Positions 1 to 10,185 of a DNA stretch of 64,000 bases are shown piece after piece. The stretch's first letter is position 1; each line of letters begins with the position of its first letter. Below the pieces are notes generated by a model. That model saw only the letters and a list, made by a program, of their open reading frames with translations, was not told the DNA's origin and made no database searches. Source of the DNA: Verrucomicrobiia bacterium (lineage in GTDB: Bacteria; Verrucomicrobiota; Verrucomicrobiia; Palsa-1439); the NCBI GenBank assembly GCA_037441425.1, contig JBBISF010000007.1, positions 283 through 64,282 of the forward strand, given 5' to 3'. Made by a program: the position numbers and the translations under genes.

Positions 1-57
1 TGTAAACATGGTAACATGCAGCTGACTGGTACTAATTAGCCGTGCGGCTTGATCACT
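1..57 (+). rRNA. rrl: 3' end of 23S rRNA (partial)
   Basis: TGTAA..CAGCTGACTGGTACTAATTAGCCGTGCGGCTTGA matches the conserved bacterial 23S 3' terminus; 5S follows. End coordinate approximate. Confidence 0.9.
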
Positions 58-174
58 TAAATTTCCCTCGCAAGAGGGAGATCAGTGATTTAACAAACCA
101 GCACTCATAGCGTAGTCGTTCCCCACCTGTATGCAATTATCAGAGAACCATATGTTCTTTCTGACAACTTGATT

Positions 175-292
175 TCCCGGTGGCATTGCCGCAGTGGTCC
201 CACCCGTTCCCATTCCGAACACGGCCGTGAAACGCTGCAGGGCCGATGGTAGTGCCTGTATAGCTTGCGCGAGAGTAGGTCGCTGCCGGGGT
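175..292 (+). rRNA. rrf: 5S rRNA
   Basis: CCCGGTGGC...CACCCGTTCCCATTCCGAACACGG..GTGAA...GCCGATGGTAGT...GAGAGTAGGTCGCTGCCGGG; terminal helix pairs; about 117 nt. Confidence 0.97.
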
Positions 293-304
293 AATTTGAG
301 AAAT

Positions 305-342
305 AGCCCGCATTGAGTCATCAGTGCGGGCTTTTCATTTTC
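305..342 (+). terminator. Intrinsic terminator of rRNA operon
   Basis: 12-bp stem AGCCCGCATTGA/TCAGTGCGGGCT with 4-nt loop, followed by a T-rich tract. Confidence 0.85.
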
Positions 343-373
343 CATTCCAGTCGCCTATACTCTGGATGCATCT

Positions 374-1255
374 ATGAAACCACGCAAAGGCATCGTCCTC
401 GCCGGCGGAGCCGGCACCCGCCTCTATCCCCTCACGCGCGCCGTCAGTAAACAACTCATGCCGGTCTTCGACAAACCGATGATCTACTACCCGCTCTCGG
501 CGCTCATGCTGGCCAACATCCGCGACGTGCTGATCATCACCACCCCGGAAGATCAGGCCCAGTTCCAGAAGCTCCTCGGCAACGGCGACGCCTTCGGCCT
601 CCGCCTTTCCTACGCCGTCCAACCCAAACCGGAAGGACTTGCCCAGGCCTTCCTCATCGGTGCCGACTTCCTGGACGGTAGCCCGGCTTGCCTCGTCCTC
701 GGCGACAATCTCTTCTTCGGCCAGGATCTGACCAGCCGGCTCAAGGCAGCCAACGCCACCGCGGCCGGGGCTACGATCTTCGCCTACCGCGTCGCCAATC
801 CGACGGCGTATGGCGTGGTCGAGTTCGACGTCAAAGGTAAGGCACTCTCCATTGAGGAAAAACCGGCCCAGCCAAAATCCAACTACGCCGTGCCGGGCCT
901 CTACTTCTACGACGACCAAGTCGTCGCGCTTGCCCGGCAACTCAAACCCTCCGCGCGCGGCGAACTGGAAATCTCCACGCTCAACGAAGTCTACCTTCAA
1001 CGCCGCCAGCTCCACGTCCAGATTTTCGGACGCGGCATCGCGTGGCTGGATACCGGCAACGCCGACGCGCTGCTCGAAGCCGCCAATTTCGTCCGCGCCA
1101 TCCAGCACCGGCAAGGCCTGCTCATCGCCTGCCTCGAGGAAATCGCCTGGCTGAAAGGTTGGATCAACGCCGCCCAACTCGAACGCCAGATCGTCGCCCT
1201 CGGCAAAACCAGTTACGCCGATTATCTCCGCGCCCTGCTCGCGGAACGCCATTAG
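374..1255 (+). CDS. rfbA: Glucose-1-phosphate thymidylyltransferase
   Basis: [44 protein letters not shown] and WLDTG motifs. Confidence 0.97.
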   Translation: MKPRKGIVLAGGAGTRLYPLTRAVSKQLMPVFDKPMIYYPLSALMLANIRDVLIITTPEDQAQFQKLLGNGDAFGLRLSYAVQPKPEGLAQAFLIGADFLDGSPACLVLGDNLFFGQDLTSRLKAANATAAGATIFAYRVANPTAYGVVEFDVKGKALSIEEKPAQPKSNYAVPGLYFYDDQVVALARQLKPSARGELEISTLNEVYLQRRQLHVQIFGRGIAWLDTGNADALLEAANFVRAIQHRQGLLIACLEEIAWLKGWINAAQLERQIVALGKTSYADYLRALLAERH

Positions 1256-1365
1256 GGTCCGGCCCCACGAAGTACAAAATTAAATAGACCGGATGTCGGC
1301 GGTCAACCCCCAGTTGACGCTGAAAAAAGAGTGTTTTTGATGTTGAGACATTTGTAAACGTCACG

Positions 1366-1605
1366 CTGTTCAAACAACAGACCGGCATCGCACTCGTGGA
1401 TTTCCGCCACCGCCAACGTCTGGAACGATTCCTGGCGACCTATGGCGATGGTCACCGCAGGACGCGTCTCGAAGCCGCGCTCGAAGCCGGTTTGGGCAGT
1501 TACCCGCAATTCCACCGGGTGTTCGTGCGGACGATGGGCCGTTCTCCTGCAGAATACCGGCGGCGAGATCACGACCCGGTGCCGCGGCGCGTGCCGAGCG
1601 TTTGA
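1366..1605 (+). pseudogene. 5'-truncated AraC-family regulator remnant (C-terminal HTH only)
   Basis: Frame reads LFKQQTGIALVDFRHRQRLERF...AALEAGLGSYPQFHRVFVRTMGRSPAEYR; upstream is AT-rich non-coding-looking DNA with an in-frame stop at 1321. Confidence 0.75.
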
Positions 1606-2456
1606 AAACGTTGCGGGGAAACCCGGTAGACGCTCTTGAAAACCCGTGAGAAGTGGTAGGCGTCGGCGAAACCGACCGCGGCGGCGACCTGTTTGACGAG
1701 CTGGCCGGAAGTCAGCAGCAATTCCGCCGCGTGATTCATTTTCCGGCGCATCAAGGACTGGTAGGGACTGGTGTGACCGAACCGCCGGAACAACCGGCAC
1801 AAGTAGGCCGGATCCAAATGGGTCTGCTGCGCCACCTGCTCCAGCGTCTGCAACTCCAGATAGTGTCGCTGGAGATGCAGTTCGCAGCGTTGATAGCTCA
1901 CCAGCGCCATGCTGCCCGCCGAATCGGGCGGGAGTGCGGTCTCGGCAATCTTGAGCAGGAGCAACTCCACCAAGCGGGCGCAGATCACCGGACTCCAGCG
2001 GGTCTGACGCGTCCCGTTTTGTTGCAGCGCCTCAAAAAGTTCCTGGACCTGGCGGGGCGCGGACACCTGAACCGCCTGGCCCTTCGCCAACGGACTTGCG
2101 GACAACAGTGGGGCCGCGGCGCGGCCGGTAAAATCCACGAAGTATTTCAACATCGGCCGGCGCGGATCAGTCCGAATGACGTGTGGAATGCCGGGCCCAT
2201 AGAGAAACGTGACGCCGGGTCGCAACGGATACGTCCGTTGCCGGAGCCGCAGGTGGCCGGTCCCTTCGGCGACGAACTCCACACCCCAAAACGGGAAGTT
2301 GCTGCGGCGGTTCTGATAGTCGGGACAGCAACGCTCGCATCCGCCGCAAACCACCACCAGACCCGACGCGCGCGGCGCGGGATTCAGGTTCAGGTGATAG
2401 TACCGCGCATCGGTTACCTGCGTGGAAAACGCCACACGTGGCCGGGCCTGTTTCAC
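1569..2456 (-). CDS. AraC-family transcriptional regulator
   Basis: Cupin-like N-terminus and C-terminal double HTH (YLCRLFRR...VAAAVGFADAYHFSRVFKSVYRVSP); GTG 2456 chosen because GAGGGT lies upstream. Confidence 0.9.
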   Translation of the reverse strand: MKQARPRVAFSTQVTDARYYHLNLNPAPRASGLVVVCGGCERCCPDYQNRRSNFPFWGVEFVAEGTGHLRLRQRTYPLRPGVTFLYGPGIPHVIRTDPRRPMLKYFVDFTGRAAAPLLSASPLAKGQAVQVSAPRQVQELFEALQQNGTRQTRWSPVICARLVELLLLKIAETALPPDSAGSMALVSYQRCELHLQRHYLELQTLEQVAQQTHLDPAYLCRLFRRFGHTSPYQSLMRRKMNHAAELLLTSGQLVKQVAAAVGFADAYHFSRVFKSVYRVSPQRFQTLGTRRGTGS

Positions 2457-2565
2457 AGCGGAACCCTCGCATGTCCCGCCTGCCGAAGTCAATAATGTCC
2501 AGCAGCAGGTCAAATTACCCCATTCACGGGCCACCACCGGTTGCCTTAGGCTGCTGTATGTGACC

Positions 2566-3597
2566 ATGACCCGGCGCCAGTTGGGGCAAACGAATTTGCG
2601 GGTGCCGCCGATCATCTTCGGAACGAGTTGTTTAGGGAACCTGTATGAAGCGCTCCCGTGGGAAACGAAGCTGGCGACCCTGCGCGAAATGATGGCGCAC
2701 GGGCCCGCGCCGCTGGTGCTCGATTCCGCCGGCAAGTACGGCGCGGGGCTGGCGCTGGAGGTGATCGGCCAGGGGTTGCGGGAGTTGGGCGTGCCGGCGG
2801 AGGACGTGATTCTCAGTAACAAACTGGGTTGGTATCGAATCCCCTTGCGCGGCGGCGAACCGACGTTCGAGCGCGGGGTGTGGGCCGACATTCAATACGA
2901 CGCCGAATCGCGGATCAGCTACGACGGCATTCTCCAGTGCTACAAACAAGGGTGCGCCCTGCTCGGCCCGTCGTATGCGCCGGCGCTGGTTTCGGTGCAT
3001 GATCCCGATGAATTTCTCGCGGCGGGCGGCAACCTGCGCGCTGTCCTGGATGCTTACCGGGCGCTGTTTGAATTAAAGGCGCAGGGAAAAGTGCAGGCGG
3101 TGGGCCTCGGCGCAAAAGATTGGCGGATCGCGCGCGCGGTGGCCGAGGCGGTGGATCTCGACTGGGTCATGCTGGCGTGCAGTCTGACGGTGTACACGCA
3201 TCTGCCGGAGTTGCTGGAGTTTTGCCGGCAACTACACGCGCGCGGCGTCAGCATCATCAACTCGGCGGTGTTTCATGCCGGGTTCTTGACCGGCGGCGCA
3301 TGGTTTGACTACCGGCGGCCCGACCCGGCAAAGGAGGCGGCGTTGTTCCGATGGCGCGACCGGTTCCACATGCTCTGCCGGGAATTCAACGTTCAACCCG
3401 CCGAGGTCTGCGTGCAGTTCAGCTTTGCCGTTCCCGGCGTGGTGGCCGTGGCCTTGAACACCAGCCAACCCGCCCGGATCGCGGCCAACGTCGCCAGCGT
3501 CACGGCGGAAATCCCGGCGGCGTTCTGGCGCCGGATGGAAACGCAAGGCCTGCTCGCCCACCATTTCCCTTACCTCGGTAAAAAACAACCGGCATGA
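2566..3597 (+). CDS. Aldo/keto reductase, D-threo-aldose (L-galactose/L-fucose) dehydrogenase-like
   Basis: [25 protein letters not shown] and SVHDPDE motifs; start ATG 2566 or GTG 2560. Confidence 0.85.
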   Translation: MTRRQLGQTNLRVPPIIFGTSCLGNLYEALPWETKLATLREMMAHGPAPLVLDSAGKYGAGLALEVIGQGLRELGVPAEDVILSNKLGWYRIPLRGGEPTFERGVWADIQYDAESRISYDGILQCYKQGCALLGPSYAPALVSVHDPDEFLAAGGNLRAVLDAYRALFELKAQGKVQAVGLGAKDWRIARAVAEAVDLDWVMLACSLTVYTHLPELLEFCRQLHARGVSIINSAVFHAGFLTGGAWFDYRRPDPAKEAALFRWRDRFHMLCREFNVQPAEVCVQFSFAVPGVVAVALNTSQPARIAANVASVTAEIPAAFWRRMETQGLLAHHFPYLGKKQPA

Positions 3598-3604
3598 ACC
3601 CACG

Positions 3605-4621
3605 ATGAAAGCTCTGGTCATCAACGCGCCCGGTCAGACCGCGGTGGTCGAGCGGCCCCAACCCAGCCCGGCCCCGAACGAAGTGTTGTTGCGCGTGCGG
3701 TTGGTGGGCTACTGCGGATCAGATTTGAACACATTCCGGGGGCTCAACCCGTTGGTGCAATACCCGCGCGTGCCGGGCCACGAACTGGGGGCCGTGATCG
3801 AGGCCGCGGGCCGGGATGTGCCGGCGGAGTGGCGCGCCGGGTTGGAGGTCACCTTGTCGCCGTACACCAACTGCGGGCAATGCGCCGCCTGCCGGCAAGG
3901 CCGTTTCAACTGTTGCCGGCACAACGCGACGCTCGGCGTGCAACGCGACGGGGCGTTGACCGAGTACCTTGTCGTCCCGTGGCAGAAGCTCTACCGGTCG
4001 CCGCGTCTGACCTTGCGGGAGCTGGCGTTGGTGGAACCGTTGACGGTGGGGTTTCACGCCGTGGATCGCGGCCGGGTCACGTCGGCGGACACGGTGGTGG
4101 TGCTGGGATGTGGCGCGATTGGGTTGGGGGCCGTGGCTGGGGCCGCGTTCCGCCAGGCGCGGGTGATCGCCGTGGACGTGGACGACGCGAAGCTGGCGTT
4201 GGCCCGCCGCTGCGGCGCGGCGGAAACGATCCACTCCCAAACCAGCTCGTTGCCTGACCGGCTCCAAGAACTGACGGGTGGCGATGGCCCGGGCGTGGTG
4301 GTCGAGGCGGTGGGCTTGCCGGCCACGTTTCGCGCGGCGGTGGAGGAAGTCTGTTTTGCCGGGCGCGTGGTGTACATCGGCTACGCCAAGCAACCGGTCG
4401 AGTATGAAACGAAGTGGTTCGTGATGAAGGAACTCGACATCCTGGGCGCGCGCAACGCCGCGCCGGCGGATTTTCAGAATGTGATTCGGATGCTGGAGAT
4501 GGGGCGTTTTCCCGTGGACGGCGTCATTTCCCGGACAACCACATTGGCGGAGGCGGGGACGGCGTTAAAGGTCTGGAGTGATCGTCCGTCCAGCTTCACC
4601 AAGATTCAGATTTCCCTTTAG
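3605..4621 (+). CDS. Zn-dependent alcohol dehydrogenase (L-galactonate/L-gulonate 5-dehydrogenase-like)
   Basis: [25 protein letters not shown] structural Zn site, GCGAIG. Confidence 0.9.
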   Translation: MKALVINAPGQTAVVERPQPSPAPNEVLLRVRLVGYCGSDLNTFRGLNPLVQYPRVPGHELGAVIEAAGRDVPAEWRAGLEVTLSPYTNCGQCAACRQGRFNCCRHNATLGVQRDGALTEYLVVPWQKLYRSPRLTLRELALVEPLTVGFHAVDRGRVTSADTVVVLGCGAIGLGAVAGAAFRQARVIAVDVDDAKLALARRCGAAETIHSQTSSLPDRLQELTGGDGPGVVVEAVGLPATFRAAVEEVCFAGRVVYIGYAKQPVEYETKWFVMKELDILGARNAAPADFQNVIRMLEMGRFPVDGVISRTTTLAEAGTALKVWSDRPSSFTKIQISL

Positions 4622-4730
4622 TCTGCCGGTTACATCAATCGGAATTGAACATTTTGGCCGGCGCGCCGTCTGACCGGTTGCACTTGCAACAAAGTGGATT
4701 ACTGTAGCCATGATGGCGGGAGGCTGATTA

Positions 4731-5762
4731 ATGGAGACTCTGCAAACGCTTGGCACCGCGTTGGGACTCACCGCGCTCGCGGGCCTGAATCTGTACCTCA
4801 CTGTTTTCGTCACGGGACTTTCCATCAATCTAGGCTGGGTGCAATTGTCACCCGGCCTTGAGGGCCTGCGGGTCTTGGGCGACCCGCTCATTTTGATCGT
4901 GGCCGGCGTTCTCCTCGCCATGGAATTGATTGCCGATAAATGTCCGTACGTGGACAGCGCATGGGACACGATCCACACCGTCATTCGCCCGGTTGGTGGC
5001 GCGTTTCTCGCCTTGAAAGCCATTGGCACGCTTGATCCGGTCATGTCGGTTGTGGCGGTGCTACTCGGAGGTTCGGTGGCGTTTACGTCACACGCCGCCA
5101 AAGCCGGGACGCGCGTGCTCATCAACACGTCCCCCGAACCGGTGACCAACATCCTCGCGAGTACGGGTGAAAATCTGGGTGTGCTGGCCGGTACGTGGCT
5201 GTCGTTCAAGCATCCGATTGTCATGCTGATTCTCGTCGTGTGTTTCGTGGTTGCGTTCTGGTACTGCGCGCCGCGGTTCTTCCGGATGGTCAAGGCGCAC
5301 GTGGTGGGCCTCGCGCATCGCTTCCGGATTCGGCGCGGCGGCGCGCCGGACGCCGCCTCGTTGCCGTCCAAACTGCCGCCGTTCGCCATTGAACGCTGGA
5401 TGCAATTGCAGCATGAGGATGAAGACGTGGCCTGGGCGCTGCCCGGTTTTACCGGCAAGTTTAAGCCGTTTGGCCGTCATGTGCGGGGATGTTTAGTGGG
5501 CACGACGGCCGGGCGGCTTCTGTTTATTGGCCGCAGGAATTTCCGCGTCTGCTTCTGCGAAATCCCGGTGGAAAAACTGACGGTGCGCGACGATCCCGGC
5601 GCCGTTTTTCACCGGCTCGCGTTGAAGACCAGGGATGGCGACCAATACAATGTCCGCTTCACCCGGAAATTCGCGCCGCACCTGCCGGCGGTTACCCGCT
5701 GGCTCGGTGAACGCCGGCAAGCAGCGCGTCCGGCCGAACCGGTTCCGGTCGAAGTGGTTTAG
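4731..5762 (+). CDS. DUF4126-family membrane protein with C-terminal soluble domain
   Basis: AGLNLYL, ELIADKCPYVDSAWDTIHTVIRP and INTSPEPVTN motifs typical of DUF4126. Confidence 0.8.
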   Translation: METLQTLGTALGLTALAGLNLYLTVFVTGLSINLGWVQLSPGLEGLRVLGDPLILIVAGVLLAMELIADKCPYVDSAWDTIHTVIRPVGGAFLALKAIGTLDPVMSVVAVLLGGSVAFTSHAAKAGTRVLINTSPEPVTNILASTGENLGVLAGTWLSFKHPIVMLILVVCFVVAFWYCAPRFFRMVKAHVVGLAHRFRIRRGGAPDAASLPSKLPPFAIERWMQLQHEDEDVAWALPGFTGKFKPFGRHVRGCLVGTTAGRLLFIGRRNFRVCFCEIPVEKLTVRDDPGAVFHRLALKTRDGDQYNVRFTRKFAPHLPAVTRWLGERRQAARPAEPVPVEVV

Positions 5763-6607
5763 TGGCGCGCGCGAAATTTCTGCAGAACAAACGCGGCGAC
5801 AAACAGCAGAAAGGCGCTCAACACAATCCCCGGTCCGGGCGGAACATTCGTCACGTTGGACACCACCATGCCGGCCACCATCGCGCAGACCGCCACGGCG
5901 ATGGACAACACCAGGATCCCGGCCAGACTGCGCGCCGTCAACGTGCCGATCGCGCCGGGCAAAATCAGCATGGCGATGACCAGCAACGCACCGACAACTT
6001 TGATCGACAGCACAACGGTGGCCGCGATGACCACGAGCAATCCGTACTGCAACCACTTGGTCGGGACGCCCGATGCCTGCGCGAGTTCTTCGTCAAATGT
6101 CCACGCCCCCAGCCAGCGCCAACAACCAATGCCGCCGACCGCAATCACCACGGTCAACCCCAGCAATAGCCGGCATTCCAGGACGTTCACGGCCAGGATG
6201 CTTCCGAACAGATAATCCTCCAGGTGCGCGGTATAAGTTTGGCGCAAGGACAGCATCAAAATCCCCAGCGCAAACGCGGCGACAAAACACGCGCCCACGG
6301 CGGTGTCGGTTTGCATCCGTTCGGCCGAGGCGAAGTACGCGATGGCCAGCCCGACACCGCAGGTGAATATAAAGCTGGCAACGTAACTGGCCAGCCCCGG
6401 CGTCGGCCCGGCTTCAAAAAGAAACAATCCCACCGCCAAGCCGCCGATGGACGCGTGCGCCAAACCGTCCGCCGAAAATGACAGGCGGCGCAAGACAACG
6501 AACGGCGACAGGATGCCGCACGCCAGACTCATCAGCAACCCGGCCAGCAGCGCCCGCTCTAGAAATCCGTAATGCCAGAATGCGTCAAGCTGGAGCACGG
6601 CGGCCAT
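5759..6607 (-). CDS. Zn/Mn ABC transporter permease (ZnuB-like)
   Basis: FVVLRRLSFSADGLAHA, YLFGSILAV, FDEELAQASG, IKVVGALLV; ATG 6607 (or GTG 6610) overlaps the amidase stop. Confidence 0.93.
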   Translation of the reverse strand: MAAVLQLDAFWHYGFLERALLAGLLMSLACGILSPFVVLRRLSFSADGLAHASIGGLAVGLFLFEAGPTPGLASYVASFIFTCGVGLAIAYFASAERMQTDTAVGACFVAAFALGILMLSLRQTYTAHLEDYLFGSILAVNVLECRLLLGLTVVIAVGGIGCWRWLGAWTFDEELAQASGVPTKWLQYGLLVVIAATVVLSIKVVGALLVIAMLILPGAIGTLTARSLAGILVLSIAVAVCAMVAGMVVSNVTNVPPGPGIVLSAFLLFVAAFVLQKFRARH

Positions 6608-7602
6608 CACGGTTGGTTCGCTCCCGCCGTCTTGCCGGTGTAAGTTTCGATTCCCGCCACGATGGCTCTGGCCAGAGCCTCACGATATTCCGGCGTCAGA
6701 ATCCTCGCTTCCTCGGCGCGGTTGCTGAGAAAACCATTTTCCACCAGAATGGCCGGGCACGCGGCGTAGCGGAGGACGTAGAACCGGGCGCGCCGCACAC
6801 CGCGGTCATTGGCGTGTGTGGCTTCAATCAGCGATTTCTGGACACAGTGCGCCAGCCAGACGTTCTGTTCGTCGAAGCGGTTGTTCGTCACCGCCGCGTT
6901 GGCGCCGGCGGCTTCGGTCTCACCCTCGTAAGGCGCGCGGGCCGTCGTCGGTGCGCCGGCAGGGGGGACGCAGTACGTCTCGATTCCATCGGCGGTGCCG
7001 CCGAAATTGAAGTGCAGGCTCACAAAAAGATCCGCGTGTTTTGCCTGACCAAACTCCACGCGCTGTTCCAACGGCGTGGTGACATCGCCGGTGCGGGTCA
7101 TCAACACCCGCAGTCCGGCAACCGACGCCAAGTCGCGCCCGACGCGCTTGGCCAGATCGAGCGTGAGGTCTTTTTCGCGACTGTGCGCGCCGTGCGTGCC
7201 TTCGTCGTGACCCCCGTGGCCGGGATCAATGACGACGGTGTACATCGCCGGCGTCGCGGACGTCCGGTGGTGGCGCAGCACGGGATCGATTGTTTTCAGG
7301 ATGTCGAGCGGCGTCAGCCAGAATTCGCCGCGGGCGAACAATACCGGTGTGCTCAACCAATGGCCGACGCCGTCGAGTTGAATCTGCCGGCTATCTGTCT
7401 CCAGAACCAACCGGGAACGGTATTCGACCCGTTTCCCGTCCTCGCGCATGCCGCGTCCCAGATGGTAGTAGCCGGCCAAATCGCCGACCGTTACGTACCG
7501 GCGCCCTTCGATGTGGTGCGACTGCAACCTGTGCGTCTCACCCAACGCCGCCGTATTCAGGGCGATCGTGACGCCGATCAAGATGGACAGACTGGTTCTC
7601 AT
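6607..7602 (-). CDS. N-acetylmuramoyl-L-alanine amidase (Amidase_3), exported
   Basis: Signal peptide; VVIDPGHGG, EKDL, LMTR, FVSLHFN, ILVENGFLSN with Zn ligands and catalytic Glu intact. Confidence 0.93.
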   Translation of the reverse strand: MRTSLSILIGVTIALNTAALGETHRLQSHHIEGRRYVTVGDLAGYYHLGRGMREDGKRVEYRSRLVLETDSRQIQLDGVGHWLSTPVLFARGEFWLTPLDILKTIDPVLRHHRTSATPAMYTVVIDPGHGGHDEGTHGAHSREKDLTLDLAKRVGRDLASVAGLRVLMTRTGDVTTPLEQRVEFGQAKHADLFVSLHFNFGGTADGIETYCVPPAGAPTTARAPYEGETEAAGANAAVTNNRFDEQNVWLAHCVQKSLIEATHANDRGVRRARFYVLRYAACPAILVENGFLSNRAEEARILTPEYREALARAIVAGIETYTGKTAGANQP

Positions 7603-8369
7603 AAAATGTGTTTTCGATGGGTGGATGCGTCGTAGTTTTGCAATTCACACCGGTAGGCTTCGTGAACGATCTCGTCGGTCAGTTCGGAGGCCGCGCCGTG
7701 CCAATGCAACACCCCGGCCAGACAGGCGATTCGATCCGCCGACTCGGCGATCAACGGAATGTCGTGGCTGACCAACAAAATCGCGATCCCGTGGCGCGTC
7801 AGATCGCGGAGGATGGCACAGATTTGGTCCTGACCTTGCGCGTCCACGCCCGCCGTTGGCTCATCAATCAACAACACTTTCGGATCGTCCATCAGCGCCC
7901 GCGCCACCAACGCCCGCCGTTGCTGGCCGCTGGACAGCACCGCAAACGGCGTCTCGGCCTCCGCCTCCAACCCCACGCGCCGCAACGCGGCCGCCGCCTG
8001 CTCGCGCAGTTGCCGGCCCCGCCGGCCGCAGCGCGGCAGCGCGCCCCGGCTGCCTTGGGTAACGATCTCCAATGTGCGCAGCGGATAGTTCCGGTCTGTG
8101 GCGCTGCGTTGCGGCACGTAGCCGATGGCCGGTTTGCGGCCCGTGATCGGATCGTGCCAAGTGACCGTGCCGCAGGTGGGCGTCACAACCCCGAGGATGA
8201 TCCGCAACAACGAGGTCTTGCCGCCGCCGTTCGGCCCGATCAATCCCAGAAACTCACCCGGCTTCAGTTCCAGTTGGATGTCCCGCAAAATGCGCCGTTG
8301 CGAGAGCGTCAGCCCCACGGCGTTGACGGACAACAACGGCGGGTTGGATGAATCAGGGATGGTGGTCAT
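7599..8369 (-). CDS. Zn/Mn ABC transporter ATP-binding protein (ZnuC-like)
   Basis: GPNGGGKTS, IGYVPQ, LSSGQQRR, LLIDEPTAGVD, VSHD. Confidence 0.93.
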   Translation of the reverse strand: MTTIPDSSNPPLLSVNAVGLTLSQRRILRDIQLELKPGEFLGLIGPNGGGKTSLLRIILGVVTPTCGTVTWHDPITGRKPAIGYVPQRSATDRNYPLRTLEIVTQGSRGALPRCGRRGRQLREQAAAALRRVGLEAEAETPFAVLSSGQQRRALVARALMDDPKVLLIDEPTAGVDAQGQDQICAILRDLTRHGIAILLVSHDIPLIAESADRIACLAGVLHWHGAASELTDEIVHEAYRCELQNYDASTHRKHIL

Positions 8370-9304
8370 GGCGTCGTGTTGCCGAGCGCATTCTTTAATA
8401 TCTGGATGTTGCGGCGTTGTCGCTCCAAATAGGTGGCGTGTGGATCCTCCGCGAGAATCGTCTCACACGGGTCAAGTCGTTCGACCCGGCCGCTCACTTC
8501 CTCCGCAATGACCCTGGCCGCGCGATCCGACAATTCCGGTTCGGCAAAAATAACACGCTGATGAAGCTGGCGCATCGCGTCCACGAGCGCCCGCAGGTAC
8601 GCCGCCGACGGTTCTTTGCCGGGAAACTCTTCGATGACGCCGGCAACCTGCAAGCCGTACCGGTGAAACAAGTACCCAAACGCGCCATGAAACGTCACGA
8701 CTGCCTTCTGCCGGAAGTGCGCCGCCGCGTTCCGGTATTCTTGATCCAACTTGCGGAGTTCCGCGAGATAAGCGTCGCGCCGCGCTTCAATCCGCGCCTG
8801 CCGGTCAGGCGCGATGCCGATGAGCGCGGTCGCAATCCGTTTCACGATTTCCTGCGCCAGGACCGGGTCGAGCCAGACGTGCGGATCAATCTCGTTAGGA
8901 TTGATGCGCGTGGCGGCATCCGCCAGTTCGCCGAGCATTGCCGGGCCCATCTTCTGGACCGGCAAACCTTCGCCGAGAGATACCACGTGTGTCTTGTGCT
9001 CTGCCGTCGCCAGTTTCTCCACCCAACCGTCCATCCCCAACCCGAGCAGCAGAACGAGGTCAGCATCGGCCACGTCGCGTGCGCTGTTGGGTGTGGCTTC
9101 CATTTCGTGCGGATCGGCGCCGGGCGGGACGAGGCATTTCACCTCGAAGTCCGGACCGCCCACCTGGCGCGCGAAGTCATACAACGGAAAGAAGCTGGCG
9201 ACCACCATCGGCCGTTTCCCAACCGGTTGCGGCGACCGGCCGCACGAAACCGCCACCAAAGCCAGGCACCCCACCAGTATGATTTGTTTCGTGCGATTGC
9301 TCAC
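8366..9304 (-). CDS. Zn/Mn ABC substrate-binding lipoprotein (ZnuA/TroA-like)
   Basis: Lipobox-like LVAVSC; DPHE, DPHVWLDP and FHGAFGY metal ligands; GTG 9304 preceded by GGAGG. Confidence 0.92.
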   Translation of the reverse strand: MSNRTKQIILVGCLALVAVSCGRSPQPVGKRPMVVASFFPLYDFARQVGGPDFEVKCLVPPGADPHEMEATPNSARDVADADLVLLLGLGMDGWVEKLATAEHKTHVVSLGEGLPVQKMGPAMLGELADAATRINPNEIDPHVWLDPVLAQEIVKRIATALIGIAPDRQARIEARRDAYLAELRKLDQEYRNAAAHFRQKAVVTFHGAFGYLFHRYGLQVAGVIEEFPGKEPSAAYLRALVDAMRQLHQRVIFAEPELSDRAARVIAEEVSGRVERLDPCETILAEDPHATYLERQRRNIQILKNALGNTTP

Positions 9305-9335
9305 GCTATTGTTGCCTCCGTCAAACGAGACCTTC

Positions 9336-10139
9336 ATGGACTGGTTGGCCTTCATTTACTGGAATGTGTCGCCGGACCTTGTTTGGCTGGGACCGTTCCG
9401 GGTGCGGTGGTACGGACTGCTGTTCGTGGCCGGGTTTCTCGTCGGCTACCGGATCATGCGCGGGATCTTTCAGCGGGAGCGCAAACCAGTGGGCGATTTG
9501 GAGAGTCTGCTCGTGTATCTCGTGGTCGGCACGCTGATCGGGGCGCGTCTGGGCGAAGTGTTCTTCTATGCGCCCGATTACTACTTCCGGCATCCACTCG
9601 AAATCGTCGCCGTGTGGCATGGCGGTCTGGCCAGTCACGGCGGTGTGGTGGGCGTATTGATGGCGCTGGCGTTGTACACCCGAAAGCACCCCGACCAGCC
9701 GTATCTGTGGCTGCTCGATCGGCTGGTCGTGCCGGGCGCGCTGGCCGGGTGTTTCATCCGCTTGGGCAACTTGATGAACTCCGAGATTCTTGGCACGCCG
9801 ACCCATGCGCCGTGGGCGTTCGTGTTCGCGCGGGTGGACAACGTGCCCCGCCATCCGGTGCAACTGTACGAGGCGACGGCCTATTTGTTGATCTTTCTGG
9901 CGCTCGGCTGGATCTATCGGCGTCAGGGCGTCGCCTTGCCGCGGGGTCGGCTGTTCGGCCTGTTTCTGACAAGCGTGTTCACCTTCCGGTTCGTCATTGA
10001 ATTCTGGAAGGAACATCAGGCTGATTATGCGCATCAACTTCCCCTCCATACCGGCCAATGGCTCAGCATTCCGTTCGTCATCGTCGGCCTCGGCTTGCTT
10101 TGGCGCGTGGGTCATCCGTCATTGCGCAACCCATCGTAA
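9336..10139 (+). CDS. lgt: Prolipoprotein diacylglyceryl transferase (copy 1)
   Basis: RWYGLLF, IGARLGEVFFY, GGLASHGG, IRLGNLMNSEI, PRHPVQLYEA, RFVIEFWKE, GQWLS. Confidence 0.93.
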   Translation: MDWLAFIYWNVSPDLVWLGPFRVRWYGLLFVAGFLVGYRIMRGIFQRERKPVGDLESLLVYLVVGTLIGARLGEVFFYAPDYYFRHPLEIVAVWHGGLASHGGVVGVLMALALYTRKHPDQPYLWLLDRLVVPGALAGCFIRLGNLMNSEILGTPTHAPWAFVFARVDNVPRHPVQLYEATAYLLIFLALGWIYRRQGVALPRGRLFGLFLTSVFTFRFVIEFWKEHQADYAHQLPLHTGQWLSIPFVIVGLGLLWRVGHPSLRNPS

Positions 10140-10185
10140 AGCTTCTTGCCGGGAAATACGACCGCGGACGCGATCCTGCCGGCAT

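Noticed and set aside
61-82. GCAA-tetraloop hairpin in the 23S-5S spacer
   Set aside because: Ordinary rRNA spacer/processing structure
82-345. 87-aa ORF over the 5S region
   Set aside because: Antisense to 5S rRNA and its terminator
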